Positions 45,479-54,336 of a DNA stretch of 64,000 nt are shown here, one piece after another. Under the pieces are notes generated by a model, which was not told the origin of the DNA, did no database searches, and worked only from the letters and a program-made list of their open reading frames with translations. Position numbers and translations under genes: made by a program. The DNA is from Minisyncoccia bacterium (lineage in GTDB: Bacteria; Patescibacteriota; Minisyncoccia; Phycocordibacterales; Phycocordibacteraceae), in assembly GCA_038212075.1 (NCBI GenBank), contig JBBQUV010000004.1:12317-76316 (forward strand), in the 5' to 3' direction. Every line of letters starts with the position of its first letter. Within the stretch, counting starts at the first letter, position 1.

Positions 45479-45948
45479 AAGCAGACCCACACAAAGGATT
45501 TACGCTTCTGGAAGTTGTCATATATATAGGACTTTTCGCTATAGTAATGGGTGGTGCCATTACGGCGACAGTGCAATTGTTAAAAAGCGGTGAAAGAAAT
45601 GAACGATCGGCGGCAATACAAGAAGAAGGCACTTTTCTTATTCGCAAAATCAATTGGCTTGTCACGAGCTCCTCTGTAGTAAGTGCGCACGGCGGTGATT
45701 CGCTCACCATAACAAAACGTAATGGTCCGGATTTTAATTCCGCAACAGATAACCCGCTCGTACTTACGGGGCAGGACGGTGCGGTTACTGTCACTCGCGG
45801 TTCGCTACCTTCTGTAACCTTAAATTCCGATGCCTTGCCCGTAACCGACTTTGTAGCAACGGTAGATAGCTCATCAGGAAAAACAGTCGTAGATGTGCAT
45901 TTCGCCATTCAAACCATACCGTTCGTATTTACAACCTACTTACGATAG
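45475..45948 (+). CDS. Type IV prepilin / minor pilin.
   Basis: MKADPHKG|FTLLEVVIYIGLFAIVMGGAI prepilin motif. ATGA-coupled to the upstream gene. Confidence 0.65.
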   Translation: MKADPHKGFTLLEVVIYIGLFAIVMGGAITATVQLLKSGERNERSAAIQEEGTFLIRKINWLVTSSSVVSAHGGDSLTITKRNGPDFNSATDNPLVLTGQDGAVTVTRGSLPSVTLNSDALPVTDFVATVDSSSGKTVVDVHFAIQTIPFVFTTYLR

Positions 45949-46047
45949 AGGCGTTAGTCGCACAACCCTCTTTACGGTGTTATAGTCCCGCCAGAACCGA
46001 TTTTCATAAGAAAATCGGTGGTTTAACGCTCATCAAGGGAGAGTACT

Positions 46048-46890
46048 ATGGCGACGAAAAACGTCGTTCTTGAAGGAAAAACGAAACATATTCACCCACT
46101 CGATGTCTTGGTGGAAGCCAAAAACTTCGTGACCTGGGGGAATAAACACTCGGCAGAAATGTCGGGCAAGGGGGAAATGTCGACCAGAACAATGGTGGCG
46201 ATGTTTCGCTTGCTTGAGGCGAACGGCCGCCGGGCGGTTTTTCAAGGGCAAACATCGGCGACGATGTACCGCGCGCGCTTCTCGCACATGATTCTGCTTG
46301 AAGTCGTCGTGCGGTTCCGCAATGAAGAATTAGGTTCGCTCCACAAGCGCCGTCCCGATTTGCCACTTGGACTTTTGCCGAAACCGCTCGTCGAGTTCTA
46401 TCTGAAGTCGAGCGGTGAAGAGTTCGGCGGCGTGAAGTTGCCGGGCGATGACCCGCTCATCACTTCATGGAACGACGAAGGCGTCTTCGTTCATCCGGCG
46501 GGCAAGTCGGTGGAAGGCGATGGCCTGTTCGTTCCTTTTGCGGCGGAAGGATGGTCGTCTGCTCTTTCGGATCTGTTCAGTCTTTTGGCGCGTGAAGCGC
46601 TGATTGACGCGACGATCGTCCGCAAGGGCTGGCTGGCTGTTAAGTGGGATATGGGAGATGTGAAGCTCGAATACGGCTTCGTCATTTCCCATAATAATGG
46701 CGACGCTATTGCGACGCTCTACCTCGCTGAAGCGCCGAGCAATGACGAGTGGCGCATTCGCGACCCGAAAGGCATAGAGCGGAGCAAGCAGAACATCCGC
46801 AACGGTAAACCGGTGAAGGATGCTATCGAGGATTACTTCCTCGTCGCTCGCGCGGCGGAGATGATTCGCTTTAGCAAAGTACACAAATAG
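46048..46890 (+). CDS. SAICAR-synthetase (PurC)-like fold protein with compositionally atypical (higher-GC) sequence.
   Basis: VVLEGKTKHIHPLD (the PurC-like GKTK N-terminus) and HMILLEVVVRFRNEELGSLHKRR (resembling PurC's EVVVRGY..GS motif). GC is about 55-60% versus 43-48% in neighbouring genes. RBS AAGGGAGAG. Confidence 0.45.
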   Translation: MATKNVVLEGKTKHIHPLDVLVEAKNFVTWGNKHSAEMSGKGEMSTRTMVAMFRLLEANGRRAVFQGQTSATMYRARFSHMILLEVVVRFRNEELGSLHKRRPDLPLGLLPKPLVEFYLKSSGEEFGGVKLPGDDPLITSWNDEGVFVHPAGKSVEGDGLFVPFAAEGWSSALSDLFSLLAREALIDATIVRKGWLAVKWDMGDVKLEYGFVISHNNGDAIATLYLAEAPSNDEWRIRDPKGIERSKQNIRNGKPVKDAIEDYFLVARAAEMIRFSKVHK

Positions 46891-46914
46891 TCGCGAAGGC
46901 AACACGAAGAACTG

Positions 46915-46948
46915 AAGACGGCTGCGCAAGCAACCGTCTTCTTTTTAT
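46915..46948 (+). terminator. Rho-independent terminator after the SAICAR-synthase-like gene.
   Basis: gaagacgg (46915-46922), loop, ccgtcttc (46934-46941), then ttttt. Confidence 0.6.
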
Positions 46949-46998
46949 CCCGAGCTGAAAGAAAGACGGTAGTAACTGTATCGTATACTAAAGAGGTA

Positions 46999-49764
46999 AT
47001 GGAGGGAGCATTTGAGGCACCAGCACAACCCTTGCAGAGCCCTGAAGAGGAGCTCGCGTATTTGCGTGCGCAGGTGCAGGCAAAAGAAAAACAGCTTGCG
47101 GCGCTTCAGCAAGAACAACCGCGAGAAGCGATTGTAGAGGAACGCATTTTGCACCATCACCAAGCGGCACCACAAACCGTGCTCGCGCCACAGTACGAAC
47201 TGCCACAAACCGAAGCGCATGCGCTCGCGCTTAATCTTGACCCAGAAGCCGACGACGAAACCATGAGCGAACTTCGTGGGATTATGGAAGAAAAGGGCAT
47301 TAAAAACGCGCTTACTGTTCTTGAAAAATTAAACAGCCCGCACTTGGAGGACGATTTTCATCGGTTTCTTGCCCAATACATTCTTTCTGGAATGCCGGCG
47401 CGCGGGCTTGAAGAAAAGAAACCAGAATGGAAGGCACTTCATATGACGCTCTACGAAATTGCGCTTCCAGAACCGTCTGCGGAAGACGAACAAAATAATC
47501 GCGTCAAGCCGCTCAAAGAGCTTATTTCTGCGATGGAGCAGTTTTATTCAGGAATGCTTTCGGTAGAACACGCCGACCCAAACGAACCATCATATTTTTC
47601 AATGGAGCTTGCGGTGCCTGCAAACCATGCACAACTTTTCTTTTATGTGGGCGTACCAAACCATAAAAAAGACCTCTTTGAGAAACAAATACTTTCCATA
47701 TTTCCAAACGCACGCATCATACCGCAATCAAACGACTACAACATTTTTGTGCCTGATGGCTCAGCGTGCGGGTCGGTGGCTTCGCTTGCCACGTGGCCTG
47801 CACTCCCTCTAAAAGACTACGAAAACTTTGACTACGACCCATTGAATAGTGTGCTCAACGCATTTGCAAAAATAGAAGCAGAAGGAGAAGGTGCGGCGCT
47901 CCAAATTATTATTGAACCAGCAGGAGAGCAATACCACGAGCATTATAGAAAAATCCTCCAAGGGCTTCGCAAGGGAGAGAACCGACTGCGCGCACTTTCA
48001 ACACCAGCTGGCTTGCTCGGAGAGACTGCGCGAGAATTTGGCAGTTTCTTGTTTGGCGCCACCAAAGAAAAGAAAGAAGAATACGAAAATAAAATTCGTA
48101 GTTCCGATATAAACAAATTGGATATAGAGCAAGTGGAGCGCAAAATCGCTACGCCAATCGTGAACACCACTATTCGCATGATTGTCTCATCGTCCGACGC
48201 ACACCGCGCGCAGGCGGGGCTTATAGATCTTGAATCGTCATTCAATCAATTTACAAACACGGTAGGGAACCAGCTTACGTTTAATCGCCCAACTGCATCG
48301 CGTGCAAAGAGTGTTTTCCACGACTTCTCCTACCGGCTCCCATCTTCCACGAAGATGCCCCTTTCTTTGAAGGAAATCACGACCATGTATCACTTCCCAC
48401 CAAAGGGAATAGAATCGACGCCACAATTGAGCCAGTCGCGCTTCACGGCCGCGGCCGCGCCACTTGGTATTCCCCAAGCGGGCACGCTTCTTGGTACCAA
48501 TTCATTCCGTGGAAAGACATCCAACGTATGTCTTGAGCTTGAAGACCGTTTGCGCCACCTCTACATCATTGGACAAACCGGTACTGGTAAAACAGTGTTT
48601 ATGAAAAATCTTGCCATTCAAGATATTCTTGCAGGCAATGGCGTGTGCTTCATTGATCCGCACGGTAACGACATTTTGGATATTCTTGCCGCCATTCCAC
48701 CCGAACGCTATGAAGACGTCATTTATTTTGACCCAGCAGACATCAAACGTCCGTTCGGACTTAATCTTTTGGAATACGATGCCGCGCATCCGGAGCAAAA
48801 AACATTCATCGTGAACGAACTACTCGCCATTTTCCGTCGTTTGTACGGCGATGTTCCTGAGTCTATGGGTCCCGCGTTTGAACAGTACTTCAGAAACGCA
48901 ACGCTTCTCGTGATGGAAGACCCCGCTTCGGGTTCCACTCTGCTCGATGTCGCACGGGTGCTTTCAAACAAACCATTCCGTGATTTGAAGCTCAGCAAGA
49001 GTACCAATCCGGTCATCAATCAATTCTGGCGTGAAATTGCCACACAGGCTGGTGGGGAAGCCTCGCTTGAAAATATCGTGCCCTACATCACCAACAAATT
49101 TGACGACTTCACGGCAAACGATTTTATGCGCCCGATTGTCGGTCAGCAAGAATCGTCCTTTAACTTCCGTGAAGTCATAGATACGAAAAAGATATTGCTC
49201 GTGAATCTTTCAAAGGGTCGCCTTGGTGAACGAAACGCAAACCTGCTAGGGCTTATCTTGGTGGGCAAGCTCTTTATGGCGGCATTGTCGCGTGCCGACG
49301 CCCCCGGTACGCAATTCCCACCATTCTTCTTGTATATCGACGAATTCCAGAACATCACCACCGATTCTATTCCTGGTATTTTGTCGGAAGCCCGCAAATA
49401 CAAGCTTTCCCTCAATATCGCGCACCAATTCCTTGCGCAAGTTGACGAAAAAATTCGCGATGCGGTGTTTGGCAACGTTGGCTCCATGGCAGTATTCCGC
49501 GTCGGGCAGGAAGATGGAGAATTCTTTGAAAAACAATTTGCACCAACCTTTACCGCACTGGATTTTGTGAACATTGAAAACTACAACGCATATATCAAGA
49601 TTCTTGCAAAAGGTGTGCCGCAGAAACCATTTAATATAAAAACACCGGCACCGTTTGCGGGAAATCCAAATCAAATAGATGACCTGCGTGAACTATCATT
49701 CCTTACCTATGGGCGCGACCGTCAACAGGTAGAGAGTATGATTCACGCTCGCTATCTGTCATAA
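46999..49764 (+). CDS. VirD4/TraG/TraD-like type IV coupling-protein-family ATPase (FtsK/HerA clade) with a long N-terminal coiled-coil/acidic region and no obvious TM anchor.
   Basis: Walker A YIIGQTGTGKTVFMKN. Walker B / DEFQN box FFLYIDEFQNITTDSIPGILSEARKYKLSLNIAHQFLAQV (TraG-D_C-like). Downstream FRVGQEDGEFF. 921 aa. Confidence 0.6.
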   Translation: MEGAFEAPAQPLQSPEEELAYLRAQVQAKEKQLAALQQEQPREAIVEERILHHHQAAPQTVLAPQYELPQTEAHALALNLDPEADDETMSELRGIMEEKGIKNALTVLEKLNSPHLEDDFHRFLAQYILSGMPARGLEEKKPEWKALHMTLYEIALPEPSAEDEQNNRVKPLKELISAMEQFYSGMLSVEHADPNEPSYFSMELAVPANHAQLFFYVGVPNHKKDLFEKQILSIFPNARIIPQSNDYNIFVPDGSACGSVASLATWPALPLKDYENFDYDPLNSVLNAFAKIEAEGEGAALQIIIEPAGEQYHEHYRKILQGLRKGENRLRALSTPAGLLGETAREFGSFLFGATKEKKEEYENKIRSSDINKLDIEQVERKIATPIVNTTIRMIVSSSDAHRAQAGLIDLESSFNQFTNTVGNQLTFNRPTASRAKSVFHDFSYRLPSSTKMPLSLKEITTMYHFPPKGIESTPQLSQSRFTAAAAPLGIPQAGTLLGTNSFRGKTSNVCLELEDRLRHLYIIGQTGTGKTVFMKNLAIQDILAGNGVCFIDPHGNDILDILAAIPPERYEDVIYFDPADIKRPFGLNLLEYDAAHPEQKTFIVNELLAIFRRLYGDVPESMGPAFEQYFRNATLLVMEDPASGSTLLDVARVLSNKPFRDLKLSKSTNPVINQFWREIATQAGGEASLENIVPYITNKFDDFTANDFMRPIVGQQESSFNFREVIDTKKILLVNLSKGRLGERNANLLGLILVGKLFMAALSRADAPGTQFPPFFLYIDEFQNITTDSIPGILSEARKYKLSLNIAHQFLAQVDEKIRDAVFGNVGSMAVFRVGQEDGEFFEKQFAPTFTALDFVNIENYNAYIKILAKGVPQKPFNIKTPAPFAGNPNQIDDLRELSFLTYGRDRQQVESMIHARYLS

Positions 49765-49771
49765 TGTATAT

Positions 49772-52750
49772 ATGAAAATCGGTGGCTTTAACATTCCTCC
49801 AAGAAAACCAAAAGACGATAAAGAACCGGAAGATCTTCGCGGTAATAGAGACTCACTTCCGGAGCTTGGTGGCATGTCGCCCGCTGATTTTAGGAATCAA
49901 CCACTGCCCGCACCCCAAGAAGCAAATATTTCTCCTGCAGATTTTCGTAGAGAAAGAGACGGTGGTGAGGCACCACCTATTCGCCCAGAAGACAAGCTTG
50001 GCGCCGGCGCAAGCGCTGAAGAAGTTAAGGTCGCCGTTGCTGACATTCTTGCGGAAGAAAAACCATCAGCAGATACTCGTTCTGAAAACCAAAAACGCTC
50101 AGAGCGCGGGGAATCCTACTCTGCAGACTGGGCAGGCTCGGGTAAAAGTCCTGCTGAAGTAATTGCCTTGAAGCAACGTCTTGAATCGCTCGTGGGTGCG
50201 GTGCAAGCAAAAACAAAAAAATGGAAAGAAGACTCTGAGGCCAAAAGTAAGGCAAAGAAAGAGGCAAAAACAAAGAAAGCAAGTGATAAGGCTACTGCCA
50301 AAACACAAAAAGTCGATGCTAAAGAGTCGGCAAAGAAAGAAAAGACCGACAGGAAATCTGCAAAAGAAAGTGTTAATGCTGAAAAAAAGGAAAAAATAAA
50401 ACAAGAACGTATTGAAGCGGTAGACGGCAAGCCGGGCGTGAAAGAAGCAAAACGTAGCGAACTTGCTGACAAGGCAGGCGCAAAGCTTGAGCGAGAGAAT
50501 ATGATAAGTGCAGAAAAAGAATATTTTGCAGAATACAAAACATTTATCACGAAAAATGGCGTTACTAAGCGTCTTTTCAAGAACGTTTTTAATACCAAGG
50601 ATGCCGACCTGCTTGCGAAATTTAAAAACAACTACGACGACGCTCGTGCGCTCTACACTAAACGTCTGCGTCAAACAGTGACTGATCGCGTGGATGAAAA
50701 ATTTGGCATCACTGAATACGACGAAAATAATAACCCTCTCGGAGAGGAGAAGGTTCTGGAGAAGCGAAACAGGATGATTGAGAAATACATGGCGGTTCAG
50801 CGCTTCAACGACGTCATTACTCGTGCGGCAGAAGGACGTACTGAAGCACGAAAGGAAGCGCTGAATGAGCGCGGCAAAGGAACGCTTCGCAAAATGGGAG
50901 ACAAAATCGGCGAATGGAACCGAAACTTGGAAAAGAAATATGGCAAAAGAAATGCCCGCATCATTCGCCTTCTTGGAAGCACTGCCGCGGCATCTGCGCT
51001 CTTTTCACTTAGCGGTGGCGTTGGAGTGCTTGGGTATGCGGCCGGTAAGGTGACGCGTGGGCTCATTAGTATGACCGCCGGTTCAACGGTGGGTGGTATC
51101 GCTGGTCTTGGTTACACCCATACGATAGGAAAATTGATGGAGTATCAGTTGGCACGCACTCGTCGCAGTCAAGGCTCCGGCGCAAATCAAATTCAAAAAG
51201 AGGAACGTGCCCATCGTATCGGAAATAAAAAAGCGATTGAAAAACAACGAATGGTGGTTGAACTTCTTACGGGCGTTGGCCTGTCGTACGAAACCGCAAC
51301 GCATCTTGCTACGGTCGACATAATGCAACACACTGCCGCTTCGGTGAACCACGGTGGTTCAGTACAGTGGGGTGATCATCACAAACCATCAACGATTTCT
51401 TCTAGTCACTCAGCAGGTTCAGAATCCGCTCCAGTGCAATCACATGAATCAAACGGCAGTAACGCCGATTCATCCACGGCGGATACAAACACCGCACCAA
51501 GCGATACGGTTTCTGGCGGAGGCACGCCACCTGCTGACGCTGGAACGGGTGGGGAAACAAGTACCACAGCCCCAAGCCCAGATGATTTTAAATCCATACC
51601 AGAAGGTTCAGATGCTGTAGGAACAGATGGGGCCGCACCTCCGTCTATAGAAAATGCATTGAATTTGCATACTGAAGTGCACGCAGGACAGGGCGCAAAC
51701 CAAGTGTGGGGCGATTTCAAAGAACAGTTGCGAGATAGTGGTGTGCTCAACGATCCAAACACTTCGCCTGAAGCACGCGCCGCAATTCAACACATTCTTG
51801 ATTCAAAACCGGGAGCTCTTTCATCCGAATACGGTTTTGCAACAGAAAACGCGAGCGCGGTGATTCACACAGGGGATTCCATTGATGTCGCGCAAAACGG
51901 GGATATTGTGTTCACTCCACATCATGGTGAAGGAATTGTGCTTGCACACACCGATGCCGACGGCACGGTGCATCCGGCAGACCATTCCGACCTTACAATG
52001 AAGCCAAATCACCCGGTGATTTCTGAGAAACACACTCCACAGCACACCGTTCACCACACACCACACACGACGTCTGTCGATAGTCCGGAAAGTTTGGCCC
52101 AAGTGAAGGCAATCTACGAGTGGGAACACGCTCACCCAGGCGAACCTATTCCACAGAACCTCTACCTTCACACAGACGTCTCTCCACCAGCTCCAGAAAA
52201 TGTTCCAACGCAATCACCGGAAGTTTCTCCAACTCATTCTGATGTCGCGCCACTTCCGCCAACGCATACTGAATTACCTCCACCAGCACCACAAGCAGAT
52301 CTTCTTTCCCGTATTGAATCAGCTCAATCTCCAGAGTCTGTGCGTAGTATTCTTGATGCTGAAATACACGCCCACGGCGTAACGCCTGCATTGATGGCAG
52401 ATCTTATAAAAGAAGCTCCACACATGCCAGCAAACCCGCACCTTGCTTCATATATTGATATTGACTCGAGCGGAACATTGCCCGGCCCAGCTGTATTTCT
52501 GGGTCACGATGGACAGCTAACGGTGTATGGTGCTGCAGATGCCGGTAGTACGTACGAAGCACAACTTAAATTAGCGCACAGCTTTGCCGGAACGTCTGGT
52601 CAACCGGTCAACGTGCTTTTTGCGGATCATTCGCCTGGCCACGTGAAAGTGTATCCGGATGGACACGTAGAAGGGGTTACTAAAGGATTCTTTAGCTCAT
52701 ATCAGCCGCCGGAACCTCTTCAAAAATCAGTATATGTATTTCAACGCTAA
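49772..52750 (+). CDS. Very large (992 aa) low-complexity protein: Lys/Glu-rich charged region, a central Gly-rich hydrophobic segment, then a Ser/Thr/Pro/His-rich disordered region and a C-terminal globular part.
   Basis: Region 1 AKKEAKTKKASDKATAKTQKVDAKESAKKEK. Region 2 LLGSTAAASALFSLSGGVGVLGYAAGKVTRGLISMTAGSTVGGIAGLGY. Region 3 SSSHSAGSESAPVQSHESNGSNADSSTADTNTAPSDTVSGGGTPPADAGTGG and PTHTELPPPAPQ. Confidence 0.5.
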   Translation: MKIGGFNIPPRKPKDDKEPEDLRGNRDSLPELGGMSPADFRNQPLPAPQEANISPADFRRERDGGEAPPIRPEDKLGAGASAEEVKVAVADILAEEKPSADTRSENQKRSERGESYSADWAGSGKSPAEVIALKQRLESLVGAVQAKTKKWKEDSEAKSKAKKEAKTKKASDKATAKTQKVDAKESAKKEKTDRKSAKESVNAEKKEKIKQERIEAVDGKPGVKEAKRSELADKAGAKLERENMISAEKEYFAEYKTFITKNGVTKRLFKNVFNTKDADLLAKFKNNYDDARALYTKRLRQTVTDRVDEKFGITEYDENNNPLGEEKVLEKRNRMIEKYMAVQRFNDVITRAAEGRTEARKEALNERGKGTLRKMGDKIGEWNRNLEKKYGKRNARIIRLLGSTAAASALFSLSGGVGVLGYAAGKVTRGLISMTAGSTVGGIAGLGYTHTIGKLMEYQLARTRRSQGSGANQIQKEERAHRIGNKKAIEKQRMVVELLTGVGLSYETATHLATVDIMQHTAASVNHGGSVQWGDHHKPSTISSSHSAGSESAPVQSHESNGSNADSSTADTNTAPSDTVSGGGTPPADAGTGGETSTTAPSPDDFKSIPEGSDAVGTDGAAPPSIENALNLHTEVHAGQGANQVWGDFKEQLRDSGVLNDPNTSPEARAAIQHILDSKPGALSSEYGFATENASAVIHTGDSIDVAQNGDIVFTPHHGEGIVLAHTDADGTVHPADHSDLTMKPNHPVISEKHTPQHTVHHTPHTTSVDSPESLAQVKAIYEWEHAHPGEPIPQNLYLHTDVSPPAPENVPTQSPEVSPTHSDVAPLPPTHTELPPPAPQADLLSRIESAQSPESVRSILDAEIHAHGVTPALMADLIKEAPHMPANPHLASYIDIDSSGTLPGPAVFLGHDGQLTVYGAADAGSTYEAQLKLAHSFAGTSGQPVNVLFADHSPGHVKVYPDGHVEGVTKGFFSSYQPPEPLQKSVYVFQR

Positions 52751-52760
52751 TTAATTTGTT

Positions 52761-53057
52761 ATGACTGAGACAAAACAAAATGAAATAATTGCCGCTCTCG
52801 GGCTTGAGTTTATGTCTGCTGAAGAACAGGAAGCCACACTTCTAAAACTTGGAGAACTTATAGCACAAGGCACACAGGTGCGTTTGGTAGAGCGAATGGA
52901 CGATGCGACAAGAGACGCCTTTAGCAAACTTCTTTCGAGCAATGCTTCGGAAGAGGAAGTCCATGCCTTTATAAGCGAACATGTGTCCACAGAAGATGAG
53001 GCGGTAAAGGAGACTATTGACGAACTTGCGGATGATATACTTGCCGTAACCAAATAA
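52761..53057 (+). CDS. Small acidic hypothetical protein (98 aa).
   Basis: ORF with a D/E-rich composition. No family recognised. Confidence 0.35.
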   Translation: MTETKQNEIIAALGLEFMSAEEQEATLLKLGELIAQGTQVRLVERMDDATRDAFSKLLSSNASEEEVHAFISEHVSTEDEAVKETIDELADDILAVTK

Positions 53058-53068
53058 TAATAAGACAT

Positions 53069-53578
53069 ATGAACGTTACCGGTACCGGAGTCGCCATTGG
53101 CACAGCAGTTGTAGTCGCGCTCGCGTTTCTCTTTTTTGGGCCATCAATCCTTAGACCATTTTCAGCACAACCAACGACACAACCTATGACCGATCAAACA
53201 GCAACCGCAGATGCCGCACAACCAGCAGAGCAGGCTCCAGATCCAACAACACTTCAGGTGAATGATACTAAGGTGGGCACAGGTGCAATAGCGGCGGCAG
53301 GCGACACCATCACGGTGAATTATGTTGGTGCCCTTACTGACGGCACGGTGTTTGACGCTTCAGAAAAGCACGGCCAACCATTCAGCTTTACTCTCGGTGC
53401 GGGACAAGTTATTCAGGGCTGGGATCAGGGTATTGTGGGTATGAAAGAGGGAGGCGAGCGCATTTTGGTGATTCCAGCTTCAATGGGATACGGCGCTCAC
53501 GCCACAGGACCAATTCCTGCAAACTCAGCACTTATTTTCAAAGTTGATCTTGTGAAGGTTCAAAAGGGGAGTAAGTAG
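53069..53578 (+). CDS. FKBP-type peptidyl-prolyl cis-trans isomerase with an N-terminal membrane anchor.
   Basis: FKBP_C signature: TVNYVGALTDGTVFDASEKHGQPFSFTLGAGQVIQGWDQGIVGMKEGGERILVIPASMGYG...IPANSALIFKVDL. Confidence 0.85.
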   Translation: MNVTGTGVAIGTAVVVALAFLFFGPSILRPFSAQPTTQPMTDQTATADAAQPAEQAPDPTTLQVNDTKVGTGAIAAAGDTITVNYVGALTDGTVFDASEKHGQPFSFTLGAGQVIQGWDQGIVGMKEGGERILVIPASMGYGAHATGPIPANSALIFKVDLVKVQKGSK

Positions 53579-53581
53579 TAT

Positions 53582-53620
53582 AAAAAAGAGCGCGCATCTT
53601 GTTAGGATGCGCGCTCAAAG
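53582..53620. terminator. Bidirectional terminator between the FKBP gene (+) and the convergent lipoprotein gene (-).
   Basis: aaaaaa, gagcgcgcatc (53588-53598), loop ttgttag, gatgcgcgctc (53606-53616). Confidence 0.6.
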
Positions 53621-53643
53621 ACGACGGCTGCGGCTGTTGGCGA

Positions 53644-54174
53644 TTAATGCCGAAGTTCGGCATCCACCTTGGCCTGGATCTCGTCCCAGTGTTCCGTGCG
53701 ACCGGTGTACGCCACCAGGCCCATATATTCCTCCTGCATCTTCGGATCGCGACCGAAGCCATACATCAGGGCTTCGACGGAGGCCCGGAACAGCACCACG
53801 TTATACGTCAGTGCAGTGCCGAGGCCAGAGCCCCCCACTTCGCCGCCGACAATTTCCATCGACTGCTTGAGCGGGTTGCCCGTCACGCCGGCGAGGAAAT
53901 AGCCAGCGGTGGTTCCCGCCAACGTGGCCGCTGTATTGATGACACCCATGTAGGTGGCCTCATCCCGGCCGGGGTTGGCGTAGTCCGCCATTGCTATGGC
54001 GCGCACAAAGTCTTTGTGCACGCATTCGTTGTTGGGATGCGGCAGGCCGCGGCAGGCCGAGACAACCTCGGTCCAAGCAAAGCCCATGTTGTCCTGCGTT
54101 GGAACGTTGTGTGCACAGGCCGAAAGGGCGACTGCGACTGCGAGGACTGCTCCCCGCTTCAGATTATTGGACAT
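53644..54174 (-). CDS. Putative lipoprotein (176 aa) in a markedly higher-GC segment.
   Basis: Signal peptide plus lipobox VAVALSAC. Gly-rich segment GYFLAGVTGNPLKQSMEIVGGEVGGSGLG. Sampled windows are 58-63% GC. Confidence 0.55.
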   Translation of the reverse strand: MSNNLKRGAVLAVAVALSACAHNVPTQDNMGFAWTEVVSACRGLPHPNNECVHKDFVRAIAMADYANPGRDEATYMGVINTAATLAGTTAGYFLAGVTGNPLKQSMEIVGGEVGGSGLGTALTYNVVLFRASVEALMYGFGRDPKMQEEYMGLVAYTGRTEHWDEIQAKVDAELRH

Positions 54175-54271
54175 GAGAACAATCCCTATAATTGCGGCTC
54201 GTGCGCTGACTTTTCAGCACACATAACCAAGAACTTTGAGTTCGAGAGTATTATATACCTCTATATACTAC

Positions 54272-54300
54272 TTGTCAAGGGGTCTAAAAGCCCGTAGATA
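54272..54300 (+). promoter_or_regulatory. Candidate promoter for tgt.
   Basis: TTGTCA (54272-54277), a 17-nt spacer, then TAGATA (54295-54300), about 36 nt upstream of the tgt ATG. Confidence 0.3.
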
Positions 54301-54336
54301 CTTGCTCAAATGGGGTGTGGCAGATAGGGTGAAGAA

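Noticed and set aside
50181-50460. The Lys/Glu/Ala-rich nucleotide stretch (aaagaaagag gcaaaaacaa agaaagcaag... repeats) looked like a tandem DNA repeat or possible CRISPR-like periodicity.
   Set aside because: The periodicity is imperfect and codon-level. It lies in-frame inside the 992-aa ORF and encodes a KEAK-type low-complexity region. There is no spacer-repeat architecture.
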